This document shows positions 36,565 to 46,433 of a stretch of DNA of 59,846 bases, piece after piece. The number at the start of each line of letters is the position of its first letter. The first letter of the stretch is position 1. A program made the translations under genes and the position numbers. The stretch lies in the NCBI GenBank assembly GCA_011982905.1, contig GCA_011982905.1_4767.1; one strand, 5' to 3'. Below the pieces are notes generated by a model that searched no databases, was not told where the DNA came from, and saw only the letters and a list, made by a program, of their open reading frames with translations. Source of the stretch: a phage.

Positions 36565-37356
36565 TTACAGTTTGTCTTTGAACTCTTCGATATATTGCTC
36601 GATCGGATACTGCTTACGCTTGAAACGATCAAACAAGATTTTAGCTGCGGTTACGTCTTCTTTATTCTCCTTATTTGCGCCAGGAGCCATAAAATCACGC
36701 CACGTGAAACCGTTCAAAGTATTCATGTTTGCAATGTGTTTATTGTAACGACTTTCCCAGTCCACACGCGGACCTTCCATCTTGCGCAAACCGCGTCCAA
36801 GAACTTGTACATATAAATCTTTCTGATGTTGTACAGCTTCGCTATTATAAGGTCCGGTTTTAAACTCAACAACACTACCGTTAAGATCTACACCATCCGC
36901 AAAGTTGTGTAGCATAGTTTCAATAACGTCATTCAATGTTGGAACCATCACTTTGCCCTGGGCAATACCTGCCAAATAACAGACATTTTCTTCACCGTAC
37001 AACTCGATCAGTTCTTTCTTGGTTGTTTCTGCTTCTTTGTTTGCGGACAAAGCCAACATCTGTTGTTCGAACATGTGTTCCTGTTCCAGGAAGTGAGCAT
37101 AGCGCTCTTCGTCTACTTTGCACACAATCCATTTATATTCAACATCCTTGCTGAAGTCCGGATACTGATCTACTTCTACTACTTCCGTAGTAAAGAACTT
37201 GCCGTTATATTGAATAACAACTGTATCGCCCGGCTGCAATTCGTCACTTTCCAGAGCACGGTAGGTATAAAGACGGCCACCCGCTTCAAACTTAACTTTG
37301 ACAGTTACAACGCCTTTTAACAGAGCATGATAAGCTTTCTGAAATTCTTTACGCAT
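36565..37356 (-). CDS. hypothetical protein
   Basis: 263-aa ORF; no family recognised. Confidence 0.5.
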   Translation of the reverse strand: MRKEFQKAYHALLKGVVTVKVKFEAGGRLYTYRALESDELQPGDTVVIQYNGKFFTTEVVEVDQYPDFSKDVEYKWIVCKVDEERYAHFLEQEHMFEQQMLALSANKEAETTKKELIELYGEENVCYLAGIAQGKVMVPTLNDVIETMLHNFADGVDLNGSVVEFKTGPYNSEAVQHQKDLYVQVLGRGLRKMEGPRVDWESRYNKHIANMNTLNGFTWRDFMAPGANKENKEDVTAAKILFDRFKRKQYPIEQYIEEFKDKL

Positions 37357-37398
37357 TTTTAGTTTCCTCTTGGGCGGATTGACCGCCCGTTAATGTGG

Positions 37399-37809
37399 TT
37401 AGGCTTTATTCGGCACAATTTCCAGAGACGCGGAACCAACTTTCGATTCAACGCACTGGTTAAAGACTGCGGCTTGCTCCGCTGTAAGTTTACGCCAAGC
37501 CGCAACTTTCAACACAGGTTTATTTTCCACAAGCTGATCAACGTTAACACCAACTTTAATCAGATCGCCCAGGATTCCGTTAAGGCTTGGAAGATCAATC
37601 TTGCGATCAATCTTGTGGGTCATTTTCATAACTCCGCCAGTAATTTCAACTTTATTAGTCCCCTCAGATGGCGCTGGGAAATATGACTTAATAATCTTTT
37701 CGCGTAGTGCTCGCTCGCGAGCTTGAAGCTTTTGTAATTCTGCTTTGGTTTTATACCACTCAATAACATCTGCTTCGGTTGCTTGTACTGCTTTATCTGC
37801 GTCGAACAT
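37399..37809 (-). CDS. hypothetical protein
   Basis: ATG at 37809 with AGAGGA RBS; 136 aa. Confidence 0.45.
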   Translation of the reverse strand: MFDADKAVQATEADVIEWYKTKAELQKLQARERALREKIIKSYFPAPSEGTNKVEITGGVMKMTHKIDRKIDLPSLNGILGDLIKVGVNVDQLVENKPVLKVAAWRKLTAEQAAVFNQCVESKVGSASLEIVPNKA

Positions 37810-38051
37810 TTTTTCTATCCTCTGTTGTGTTTCGATGTATGTATAATAGCACATCCATGTGACAGGGCAAGACTCAATTCGTATCAATTAATCTTTTTAA
37901 ACGGATTAGTAATCTAGCAACCTTCCTCCATTCCGCATCCTCCATTAATGGTGAAGGCTTATACGCTTCAGGTATCGGACAAGGTATATATGGCTCCATG
38001 TCAGATATTACTTGCTTTGATAACTTTTTCTTCCGTTTACCCATAAATGGC

Positions 38052-38639
38052 CTATTTCAAATAGCGGGAAGTCATAATTGGATGCAAAGACACTTCTTCC
38101 TCAGATGTAACCACATTAGCAGACGTACCAGTGGACCCAAATCCATTGGCACCGCGCTCAGTGGTCTTAAGCTCGTCCACTTCTACCAGTTGCACGCAAG
38201 GCACCTTAATAAGCATAGCTTGCGCAATACGATCACCATGACTAACGGTGAAACTACCATCATGATCAATAGTAAGCTTAACTTTAACTTCGCCAGTGTA
38301 GTCGCTATCAATGACACCTACGCAGTTAGCCAAACGAACGTCATTTTTGAATCCATGTCCACTCCGGGAATAGACCATAAGCGCATATCCTTTAGGGATA
38401 TCAAATGCTAACCCTGTACGGAATACGTGTTCGTAGGAGAAAATGATTTGTTCACAACCGTCTTCACTTTTGAGATCCGCGTGCAGGTCAAAGCAAGCTG
38501 CCCCGGCAGTGGCGAACGCTGGTAGAATTGCGGTGTCGGTTAAGCGCTTCACACCGACCGGAATTGTGCTTAATGATGCAGCAAATTTTTCAACATCAAT
38601 TGCAAAAGAATTTTTTGTGATATTTAATACGTCAGTCAT
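38052..38639 (-). CDS. dut: dUTP pyrophosphatase
   Basis: 195 aa; all five dUTPase motifs visible (AGAACFDL, RSGHG, GVIDSDYTGE, GDRIAQ, RGANGFGSTG). Confidence 0.85.
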   Translation of the reverse strand: MTDVLNITKNSFAIDVEKFAASLSTIPVGVKRLTDTAILPAFATAGAACFDLHADLKSEDGCEQIIFSYEHVFRTGLAFDIPKGYALMVYSRSGHGFKNDVRLANCVGVIDSDYTGEVKVKLTIDHDGSFTVSHGDRIAQAMLIKVPCVQLVEVDELKTTERGANGFGSTGTSANVVTSEEEVSLHPIMTSRYLK

Positions 38640-38648
38640 AATTTCACC

Positions 38649-39116
38649 TTATTGGATTGAGCCGCGATCAATTAACCATTGTTTCGCGTGCGCTTTAAAA
38701 ATAATGCGGTAATCATCAAGACTAATTTCCGCGCGGATGGAATCTTTAACTTCATACCACTGCCATTCGCCATTACTGAAGACAACTGGATTGAGCGGTA
38801 GAACAACCTTCCATCCTTTACGTTCTATTTTATACATCAGAACTGGATATCTGCCAAGCTCTTTAGCAGATTGAACAGTCTGCTTCCACCATGTGTTCAC
38901 CTGTGGCGTAGCATGGTTTTTTACTTCAACCGCATGGTGGCATGTATTGCTAATGTCGCAACCACCGACCGCACTTTGATTCTGGTTGCGCTGAGCAATA
39001 GGTTTTTCCGGTAACTGCATCCCCAGCTCTGCGTAAATTTCCGCATAAATTGCATTAAAGAAATCACATACTTCCCGCTCACCGCGTTGACCTTTAGCGC
39101 GAATATTTACTGCCAT
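38649..39116 (-). CDS. Hjc-like PD-(D/E)xK nuclease (putative Holliday junction resolvase)
   Basis: ATG at 39116 with GGAGA RBS; AKGQRGEREV ... D ... EVK pattern recalled from archaeal-type Hjc resolvases. Confidence 0.45.
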   Translation of the reverse strand: MAVNIRAKGQRGEREVCDFFNAIYAEIYAELGMQLPEKPIAQRNQNQSAVGGCDISNTCHHAVEVKNHATPQVNTWWKQTVQSAKELGRYPVLMYKIERKGWKVVLPLNPVVFSNGEWQWYEVKDSIRAEISLDDYRIIFKAHAKQWLIDRGSIQ

Positions 39117-39190
39117 GTTTGTCTCCATAACTTTAATGTAAAACACTTCATAAAGAATTTTATATTGAAGTTATGTTGATCGCAAGGAAC

Positions 39191-39222
39191 AAAAAAAGCC
39201 CAGGTATAAGGATTCCTGGGCT
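39191..39222 (-). terminator. intrinsic terminator (minus strand)
   Basis: 8-bp stem AGCCCAGG / CCTGGGCT with 10-nt loop, followed on the minus strand by T6-7. Confidence 0.65.
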
Positions 39223-39333
39223 CTCTTGATTGTCGGATAGCTTACTTTGACTGCCGTCTTCGTCTATCCTGGCCTACTTGTACAGCCTCGCCAAAGGCTG
39301 GTGACGGTTTGGTACATCTGGCGCCGTCGCGTT

Positions 39334-39472
39334 AAACATCGTTCACATCGTTCAGTAAGTTGCGGGTTTACCCTGTCCGCTCCAGGAAGCCCAGCGAAAG
39401 TAGTTGCTGTAAGGAGGTACAGCTACCGCTTTCAAGGGCTTGAGTTAAGCATCGTTCACTAAGTTAATGTTG
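39334..39472. repeat. direct repeats ATCGTTCA(C/G)TAAGTT in a noncoding gap
   Basis: ATCGTTCA occurs at about 39339, 39346 and 39451, twice followed by (C/G)TAAGTT; lies in a ~385-bp gap with no convincing ORF. Confidence 0.4.
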
Positions 39473-39534
39473 TTAAATTGTTAAACCTCGTTAACTGTGA
39501 TTATCTTAAAGGATGCAGTCTTGAATGGCAAGCT

Positions 39535-39882
39535 TCAATTTTGCGCGGTTTCCTTTGCCGCTTTTGGTGCTAAAGTACCATCATTTAACATCAACTCAAA
39601 ACCTGTTACTTGATCGGTTGGAACAATAGGGTAATTCATAATAGCCATGTGGATACGATGTCCTCCGTCACATTCATCGATGTATTCATTACCCCAATAG
39701 TATAAATGTCCATCTCTTCGAATATTCATTGCTGTTGGGAAATCTACAAGAATTCTTTTAATTTCTTTTCGTCCTTCTTTATGAAGATTAGTTTCAATAC
39801 GGATAAGCTCCGCATAAATTGCTTCACAGATAGTGTTTACAATTCCCATCACCAGTCCGCCTTTTCTGTTTCGTTGATACAT
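39535..39882 (-). CDS. hypothetical protein
   Basis: 115-aa ORF. Confidence 0.45.
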   Translation of the reverse strand: MYQRNRKGGLVMGIVNTICEAIYAELIRIETNLHKEGRKEIKRILVDFPTAMNIRRDGHLYYWGNEYIDECDGGHRIHMAIMNYPIVPTDQVTGFELMLNDGTLAPKAAKETAQN

Positions 39883-39901
39883 TGTATAAGTTGATCAATA
39901 C

Positions 39902-40156
39902 TTACAGCTTAAACTTGACTACTCTTCTATATCTAAAAAGCTGTCCAATACATTTATCCAATTCACTTATACGACGTTTAATCCTGAGCCTTTTGCTCAA
40001 TTGTCCAATATTATTAATTTTCAGTTTTTCTAACTCTTTTGTTAAACGGTCACGAAGATTTAATTGGTAATCTAAGATAAACCCTATGATAAAATATGTG
40101 CTAGCAGTCTTAGGTGGCATCACTCTAGGCAACACAGGAAAATCTTTAATGTTCAT
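39902..40156 (-). CDS. hypothetical small basic protein
   Basis: Internal ATG (residue 59 of the tracked ORF) taken as start; the upstream part of the tracked ORF looks non-coding. Confidence 0.35.
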   Translation of the reverse strand: MNIKDFPVLPRVMPPKTASTYFIIGFILDYQLNLRDRLTKELEKLKINNIGQLSKRLRIKRRISELDKCIGQLFRYRRVVKFKL

Positions 40157-40397
40157 CTTACACCTCACAGAATATACATAAACCAGAAATAACCAGCTAC
40201 GAAAATAGCACCTGCAAATAATTTTAAAAGCTCGAACATTGTTCCCTCCGTTAACTTTATGCTGTAAGTATAGCAGGACTTGCGATGTACGCAACAACTT
40301 TAGACTTGAAATACATCTATAAAATAGCACGATTTGCCTTTACCTCTAATCCGTCTAGCTGTACTATTAACTCATAAACAGAGCGGAGGATTACAAA

Positions 40398-40622
40398 ATG
40401 GTCATGCTGAATAAAGTATATAGCACAATGGGCGCGGATTATAAAGTTGTACGTCACCCGCGTACTGGTAAATTTGAAGCATATATCCGTCCAATGGGTG
40501 AAGGTTGGATGTATTACGGTACTTATGATGACGCTGAGCAAGCTTATAAAGAAGCGGAAAGTGCGGCGGAAGCATCCGAAATTATGGCAACGTACGACGT
40601 CGATGATTACTACCTTAACTAA
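40398..40622 (+). CDS. hypothetical small protein encoded on the plus strand inside the minus-strand block
   Basis: 74 aa; strong GGAGGA RBS 8 nt before the ATG; followed by a convergent terminator. Confidence 0.5.
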   Translation: MVMLNKVYSTMGADYKVVRHPRTGKFEAYIRPMGEGWMYYGTYDDAEQAYKEAESAAEASEIMATYDVDDYYLN

Positions 40623-40626
40623 CAAT

Positions 40627-40646
40627 AAAGGGCCAAATGGCCCTTT
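40627..40646. terminator. bidirectional intrinsic terminator
   Basis: Stem AAAGGGCC / GGCCCTTT with AAAT loop, T/A-rich on both sides; sits between convergent genes. Confidence 0.65.
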
Positions 40647-40648
40647 AT

Positions 40649-42991
40649 TTATTCCTCTTCTCCTAAGTTTGCCATAATACCTTCAACATCTTGCGTAATG
40701 TGCCAAGCTGCGCCAGTGAATCCCAGTTTGATAGTCTCCTCCCGTGTTACCGGAACAAGAGCACCCATAGCAACCATCTCTTTGATCGTAGACTCAATTG
40801 CTGCGGACAATCCGTGGTGATAGTTTTTAAACGCGGACTTACTTGCAAGACGAGTAGTAATATCGCCCCGCGTGATAATACCTTCTTTACGCAGATCTAC
40901 ACGTTTAACTTTCACCCAATCTTTAGTTAGATAATTCACACAAACCTGGCACATAGTACGGATACGAGCTTCGTCATTAGTACCGATACCCCCACTATGC
41001 CATTCCTTCATAATGATATCCTGTCCATGACGCACAAAGTCTAAGGCCCATTGTACATGATAGGTCTGCACAACCGGATTGATCCAGTTTTCTCCCACAG
41101 CTAGCAGGGCGGATAGACGTAATACCTTCAGGTGCGCACGGTTCCAGGGCTGACGGATTGCTTCGTCTTTGGTTGCGTTAATATTACGGTCACATTCGTC
41201 GTTAAACTGATCACATAATGCTTCCGCTTCCGGACTAAACTGCACTTCAATACTTTGATGCTTTGCCATTGCGACTAAGGTGTGGTTAACAAGATGGCAC
41301 ACCATATCCCGCAAATGCTGATCCATTGTAGTCTGCTGGTTCTTGTTTAAAGGTGGTCGATCCCCTTCATAGCGGACAACATGGAAACGGGATAAGAAAC
41401 CATCCTCCATCATTTCACGGGTTAACGCTTCAAAGAAAGTGTCCGGTGTCGTTTCGCCCATGATGCTATAGGCCACACCTTGTTGAGCTTCCGTATTATT
41501 AGCCTTATCAGAATAAGACATACCACCAACAATAGACATCTGACCGGACTTTTGATAAACATCGGTAAGGTCATTCTTGAAGCTTTGCATTGGTGAACCT
41601 GCTGGCGCCGTTGCCATTGCTTTAATAATCTTACCAAACTCACCGTTCAAGTTGATAAAAGATTGTTTGTCCGCAAAAGATTTACGCAGTGCGGAGCCGG
41701 AAGCGCATCGGTCAAAAGATACAAAGCTATGAATCTGCGGAAACGGTTCCTGAAGCTGGCTAACTATATTAGATAGCCCACTGTTCAACGTTTCTTTACC
41801 AACACCAGAACGAGCAATAAGGACGAAATATCCATTAAGACCCGATTGCGGAATCTGCCAGACCTTCCCGCATACCCCAGCCATAAAGCCTAGCGCTGTC
41901 ACAATAGAAATTTCTTTCACTGGTCGGACGGATGCTTTATAGATGTATTTCGCAAGCTCCCCAGCAAGCCCCGGCGGCCAGTCAATAGCGGTTGCATCAA
42001 TAGATGTACTTTCTGCAACTACGGTCTGCCCCTGTGTTGTTTCAACAGTTACGGGCATTTCCGCTACCTGTTGCATTGCACTGTGTGCCGCTTGCATACG
42101 GGCAGCATAATCCCGCGCCAGCGCCGCTACGTTTTCCTGGGCGATGCGCTCACGCTCCATGCGACCGCGACACATACGCAAGCAACGGTCAATATGAACA
42201 TTGTTCTTATTAGCCTTCTCACGTTTGCCCAGCGCACTATAACGGAACAGACGGCGACATTGCTCATTACTTTCCGTGTAGAATGCATACATAGAAATAA
42301 GGGCAAGGTCTGCTTCAGACTGGGAAGGGAATCCCATTTCAACCCATTCACCGTTAAATAACCGTGCATACTTATCGCCGTTATCTGCTTCAAGCGCACG
42401 CTGATGAATAGTTGCATCATCTTCTACCGGATCTTTTTCTACCAGTTCAATTTCATATGTCTTGCGCTGAAGATCTATTTCATTCACAAGCATAGTAAGG
42501 TAATGATCACGTTCTGCAACTGGTTTGTTATATACAGGATTGCCCGTGCAGATAATAAAACGCTCCTGACTATAAACCTCGACACCATCACGTCGACGAC
42601 CTTTACCGATGTTACCTCTTAACCACAGGTGAACACCCAAGCCTGAGCGGCTCACTTCGGTGTAAGTATCGAACGCAGTCATGATCTGTTCGAAGCGGCG
42701 CAACTGCTCCGGCGTCGTGTGCTTCTTGGGATCTGTTTCATTGGTTGCATTCTTCACATCCAGGTCGATGCAGGTGAACGGGTCTTGTGCAGTAAGCACG
42801 AAGCCAATATAAGGTTTATTGAAATGAGCGGCGCAACCTTTGGCAGATTCAAACGTCATAAGCATATCCGGATCAGTAACGTCCGCCGCCATCAAACGTC
42901 CAATATCGTTATCCCATACGAGCGGCTTTTTATCCGCATCGGCGACCGCCCATTGTGGGAAAGCTTTAATTTCAGCGGGAAACAGTTCCAT
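40649..42991 (-). CDS. primase-helicase (AEP-type primase domain plus P-loop helicase domain)
   Basis: 780 aa; N-terminal CIDLD and SRSGLGVHLWL motifs typical of archaeo-eukaryotic primase-like domains; central Walker A ARSGVGKET. Confidence 0.7.
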   Translation of the reverse strand: MELFPAEIKAFPQWAVADADKKPLVWDNDIGRLMAADVTDPDMLMTFESAKGCAAHFNKPYIGFVLTAQDPFTCIDLDVKNATNETDPKKHTTPEQLRRFEQIMTAFDTYTEVSRSGLGVHLWLRGNIGKGRRRDGVEVYSQERFIICTGNPVYNKPVAERDHYLTMLVNEIDLQRKTYEIELVEKDPVEDDATIHQRALEADNGDKYARLFNGEWVEMGFPSQSEADLALISMYAFYTESNEQCRRLFRYSALGKREKANKNNVHIDRCLRMCRGRMERERIAQENVAALARDYAARMQAAHSAMQQVAEMPVTVETTQGQTVVAESTSIDATAIDWPPGLAGELAKYIYKASVRPVKEISIVTALGFMAGVCGKVWQIPQSGLNGYFVLIARSGVGKETLNSGLSNIVSQLQEPFPQIHSFVSFDRCASGSALRKSFADKQSFINLNGEFGKIIKAMATAPAGSPMQSFKNDLTDVYQKSGQMSIVGGMSYSDKANNTEAQQGVAYSIMGETTPDTFFEALTREMMEDGFLSRFHVVRYEGDRPPLNKNQQTTMDQHLRDMVCHLVNHTLVAMAKHQSIEVQFSPEAEALCDQFNDECDRNINATKDEAIRQPWNRAHLKVLRLSALLAVGENWINPVVQTYHVQWALDFVRHGQDIIMKEWHSGGIGTNDEARIRTMCQVCVNYLTKDWVKVKRVDLRKEGIITRGDITTRLASKSAFKNYHHGLSAAIESTIKEMVAMGALVPVTREETIKLGFTGAAWHITQDVEGIMANLGEEE

Positions 42992-42997
42992 ATTAAA

Positions 42998-43201
42998 TTA
43001 AGACCTCCGACGCTTATCGCCTTGCATTGCTATAAGTGCTGGCTCAGCAATTTCGCGCACGTATACAAATACGTTAGCGATACGAACAGCTCCAGGAAGT
43101 ATATCTCGATTGCGGCACAACTTATAACGACTAACCCCGAACCGGGCTTCAATCTCTGATGTGGTTATATATTTAGCATCAAACTCGTCTTGTGCAGTCA
43201 T
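42998..43201 (-). CDS. small helix-turn-helix DNA-binding protein (AlpA/excisionase-like)
   Basis: 67 aa; ITTSEIEARFGVSRYKL resembles an HTH_17-type motif. Confidence 0.45.
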   Translation of the reverse strand: MTAQDEFDAKYITTSEIEARFGVSRYKLCRNRDILPGAVRIANVFVYVREIAEPALIAMQGDKRRRS

Positions 43202-43262
43202 AGCTCCTCCTTTGTCCGCACACTATACACAGATAAGAGGAGCGATTGCAACCAAATTTGCA

Positions 43263-44045
43263 TTATTGCGCAGCAAAGTTCGCATATCCCATAACGCATT
43301 CATATACCTCTTCAGGAGTGCGACCTTCCCGTAGATTTATCATCCATTCGTCCAATTGTCCAAGGCGTTGCTGAGCTTTCGTGATGTCATGAAACGCTTG
43401 CCATGGAAAAAAGTTTCCACCAGCTAGTGCAACCTCTATGCCCGTAGCGGCGTTGCCATATGCCTTGAGCTTGCAAACAGGCCAACGTCCACGATTATCC
43501 CAAATTGCGGGTTCCACGTTTTTATCCGGTCGCGAATACCATCTATTTTTAAGCGATGTGATTTCTTTTTCTGTTAACTGCTCACCCTTCGCACGCTCAT
43601 TCTTGGCAAGCCAAACTTTAAACGCGGACTCATTATTTTTATCCTTTGTTTGGCAAACCTTAAAAGCATTCTCATATGGTGCTTGCGGCCCAAACCGTTT
43701 GTAGTAGTCAAACTTGCCGCGGAACTTTGCAACTTCTTTAGTTGTAAGTTCACGATTTTCTTTTTCCTTTATTTGTTCGCGCACCCATGCCATAAACTTA
43801 TCACGCTCAGGGTTTTCTTTTTTTGCAGCAGCTTTTCCATGTTTAACTTTAGGCGTCACATCTTGTTCGCTATCAAAATAATCCTCAACCATCTTAAGAG
43901 CCTGCTCTTTAGTTACCTTTCCGCGGATACGGGAGCACGCTTGCACGACCCAGGCCGCGAAGCACAAATCCTTAACCACATTGGGGTGAGTGCTGGTCGG
44001 CTGTTCTTCCGCCACCGCGTTATTGTTAGTCAGCTCTGTATTCAT
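43263..44045 (-). CDS. hypothetical protein adjacent to the iteron array
   Basis: ATG at 44045 with GGAGG RBS (the tracked ORF extends into the repeat region); 260 aa; no family recognised. Confidence 0.45.
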   Translation of the reverse strand: MNTELTNNNAVAEEQPTSTHPNVVKDLCFAAWVVQACSRIRGKVTKEQALKMVEDYFDSEQDVTPKVKHGKAAAKKENPERDKFMAWVREQIKEKENRELTTKEVAKFRGKFDYYKRFGPQAPYENAFKVCQTKDKNNESAFKVWLAKNERAKGEQLTEKEITSLKNRWYSRPDKNVEPAIWDNRGRWPVCKLKAYGNAATGIEVALAGGNFFPWQAFHDITKAQQRLGQLDEWMINLREGRTPEEVYECVMGYANFAAQ

Positions 44046-44049
44046 ATAG

Positions 44050-44340
44050 CCTCCGATAGGGTATTGTCTTAACCCTATGGTAAGACCCTCCCTATTAAAT
44101 TGCAAGAGTTATTGTAAAACAATAGGTATAGGGTGCAATACAGGGTTCATATAGGGTAACCCTATAAACACCCTATAAAATACCCTCCCTATGCAGCTTT
44201 CTAAATTTATAGTTTTAGTTTACCCCTTGCGCTCCCGCAGAAAAACTAAAGATAGGGGTACTAGGGTATAACAATGGCAAATACCCTATACCCTACTCCC
44301 TATACTATGATTCTAAAAAATTTGGTGTATACCCCTATAA
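44050..44340. repeat. iteron-like array of CCCTATA / TATAGGG motifs, including a 17-bp perfect palindrome
   Basis: About 14 copies of the CCTAT core in both orientations within ~300 bp; perfect palindrome TATAGGGTAACCCTATA at 44150-44166. Confidence 0.6.
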
Positions 44341-44480
44341 ACTTATAAACTTTCAGTCAACTAACTAAAATAAAACTAATTAAACTAATATTAATAATAA
44401 CTATAAATATATATAAAATAAGGATTTATTATTATTGTATATAGTACCTATTGGTATTATGTGATGAGTTTATAGTCACT
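44341..44480. other. AT-rich tract adjacent to the iterons (candidate DNA unwinding element)
   Basis: Roughly 140 bp of very AT-rich sequence (TAAAATAAAACTAATTAAACTAATATTAATAATAACTATAAATATATATAAAATAAGG...). Confidence 0.45.
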
Positions 44481-44682
44481 AAATAAACTCTATAAATTTT
44501 AATAAACCTGAACGGATGCAGATCAAAAACGAGAAGTCAAGTGCTTTTGAGGGAAATTTATTGAACTATTGTGATCGGATGGTATATCAAGCTATAATGC
44601 GCTTAATCGCGGGATATTGGAGGAGGACTTTATTACGCGGTTAACCGGACCAGTAGGAGGGCTGGCCCGGAGAAGTTAGAAT

Positions 44683-44868
44683 TTATTTGCGGACGAATAC
44701 AGAGCCGACAAATAATGTTGATTGAGTAGCAGCTTGCTCGATTAATTCGCCAACAAGCTGGGACTGCGTTAGAGGTTTAAGGCCTTCTTTGGCCCGTGCT
44801 TCATTTACACGGCGCTGAAGGTCTTTTAGGTATTGAGTTGAGAAGCTATCTAATTGCATTTTCGTCAC
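44683..44868 (-). CDS. hypothetical small protein (possible DNA-binding regulator)
   Basis: 61 aa; AGGAG RBS; helical charged composition. Confidence 0.45.
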   Translation of the reverse strand: MTKMQLDSFSTQYLKDLQRRVNEARAKEGLKPLTQSQLVGELIEQAATQSTLFVGSVFVRK

Positions 44869-45030
44869 TCCTAGGGCTCCCGCAGAAGCCCGTTGGTTGA
44901 TGTGGTTATAGATTATACCAGTGAGTACCTTGCTTTTAATTTTTGGTTTGCTGCGATAATTTTACATACAGGTATAACAACCAAAAGATCATTATAGTCC
45001 AGCCAGAATTGAATAAGCGCCTGCATTTAA

Positions 45031-45645
45031 TTAACCCTCCAGTCCGTTGTATTTGCGCCAGGCGTAGAACTGAATAGCAACCGTCGTCCCGTTGTAAGAA
45101 GGCATTGCAGCTTTCATTTCTTTCAGCTCCGGCGTGCGACCCAGTTTGGATAAAAGTTTGTCGCCCATTGTCCACACTTCGGCAGTTTTTCCTTTCAGAG
45201 GCTTGCGAGCGCCATTTTTGAAATCACAGCGAGCGGCTTTTGCATTCTGTTTTGGCGCGGCAGCTTTTGGCTCTTCAATTTTGATTTCAGAAACCTGCGT
45301 GGCAGCTTTTGCATGTTTCATATCTTTCTCTTCCTCCTGCTCCAGAGCTTCAAGGCAGCTTTTGACGATTTCCGGATTTACCATCGGGCGCAGTACCAAG
45401 ACGCTGGCAGCTGGCGCGGCGGTCGGTGCCGGGACTTTCTGCTCCGGTTGTTGCGCTTTTTTATGGTCGCGCAGTAACTGAAGCACTTCCTTTTCGACGA
45501 TGTAAAAACCAATCTCGTCCTGATGGATAAGCTGTTCGTGTGCATCGCGTGCAACCTGGCCCCAGCGGGTCTTCAGGGCGCGGCGTGCATTCGTTTTCAT
45601 GGTGTAACGCATTTTGTCCTGTTCGCGGTGAGTTACTTTAGTCAT
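45031..45645 (-). CDS. hypothetical protein
   Basis: ATG at 45645 with AGGAG RBS; 204 aa, Lys/Ala/Glu-rich. Confidence 0.5.
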   Translation of the reverse strand: MTKVTHREQDKMRYTMKTNARRALKTRWGQVARDAHEQLIHQDEIGFYIVEKEVLQLLRDHKKAQQPEQKVPAPTAAPAASVLVLRPMVNPEIVKSCLEALEQEEEKDMKHAKAATQVSEIKIEEPKAAAPKQNAKAARCDFKNGARKPLKGKTAEVWTMGDKLLSKLGRTPELKEMKAAMPSYNGTTVAIQFYAWRKYNGLEG

Positions 45646-45718
45646 GGTATAGCTCCTTTCGTTAATATTAGTTTGCTTATTACTGCCCACCGTAATGATG
45701 AGCAGTGTATAAGAAAAC

Positions 45719-45967
45719 TTATTGCACGATTGCTACGAAATCGGCGGTTGCGATATCCATGCTTGCGAAAGCAACAATGCTATAGTCGGTGTCGTTGTCC
45801 GCGTTAAAAGCTTTGAGGAACTGCTGCACCGCTGCTTTATGGTTAAGAGTTACGTCGATAGCATAGTCCCAGCTATAGACTTTGCGCTTGCCAAAACCTT
45901 TAACTGCAATGCGAGTGCTTTTAGTGTTGGTTGGTGCCAAAAATTTGGTGACGATAGAAGTAGCCAT
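45719..45967 (-). CDS. hypothetical small protein
   Basis: 82-aa ORF. Confidence 0.45.
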   Translation of the reverse strand: MATSIVTKFLAPTNTKSTRIAVKGFGKRKVYSWDYAIDVTLNHKAAVQQFLKAFNADNDTDYSIVAFASMDIATADFVAIVQ

Positions 45968-46035
45968 AATGTAATCCTCGTTTTGTTTAAGTTGACTTAT
46001 TATTGCCCAGTCGGATCAACTAGGCAAGATATAAA

Positions 46036-46188
46036 TCACTTGATTTGTACTAAATCGTATTCCTTGTAAATGTCGCTAATGTACATATCGAACTGTCCCA
46101 TTAAGAAGATTTCAGCCTCCTCCCAGCTTGGGGCAGATACATAACCAGCTATTTTACCGGACGCGAGTTCCACTAATTTGAATTCCAT
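46036..46188 (-). CDS. hypothetical small protein
   Basis: ATG at 46188 (weak AAGGG RBS); first gene of the minus-strand block next to the divergent promoter region. Confidence 0.35.
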   Translation of the reverse strand: MEFKLVELASGKIAGYVSAPSWEEAEIFLMGQFDMYISDIYKEYDLVQIK

Positions 46189-46433
46189 GATGCAACCCTT
46201 AATGTGGTTAAGCAGTATTGCTTTGTTGAAGTAATAATAGCGATGCATCGTGATATTGAATAGGCCAAAAGTGCTCTTTTAGAATTGTTTTGCATCTAGT
46301 GAAAATTATGCTTGCCTTGCATGTTTAGCACAAATGGCCTAACTAACATCACATGAATTGCACTATACGCGCGGGCACGCACACATACATATAAAGCTGC
46401 CAAAATATTTTTATAAAAAGATGCAAAAAGGTG

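Noticed and set aside
39405-39420. 9-nt match to the 16S rRNA 3' end (ACCTCCTTA) on the minus strand
   Set aside because: A 9-mer match is expected by chance in a window this size; no surrounding rRNA-like sequence.
44050-44340. Possible CRISPR array
   Set aside because: The repeats are short (7-17 bp), irregularly spaced, in both orientations, and have no uniform spacers; they fit iterons or operators, not CRISPR.
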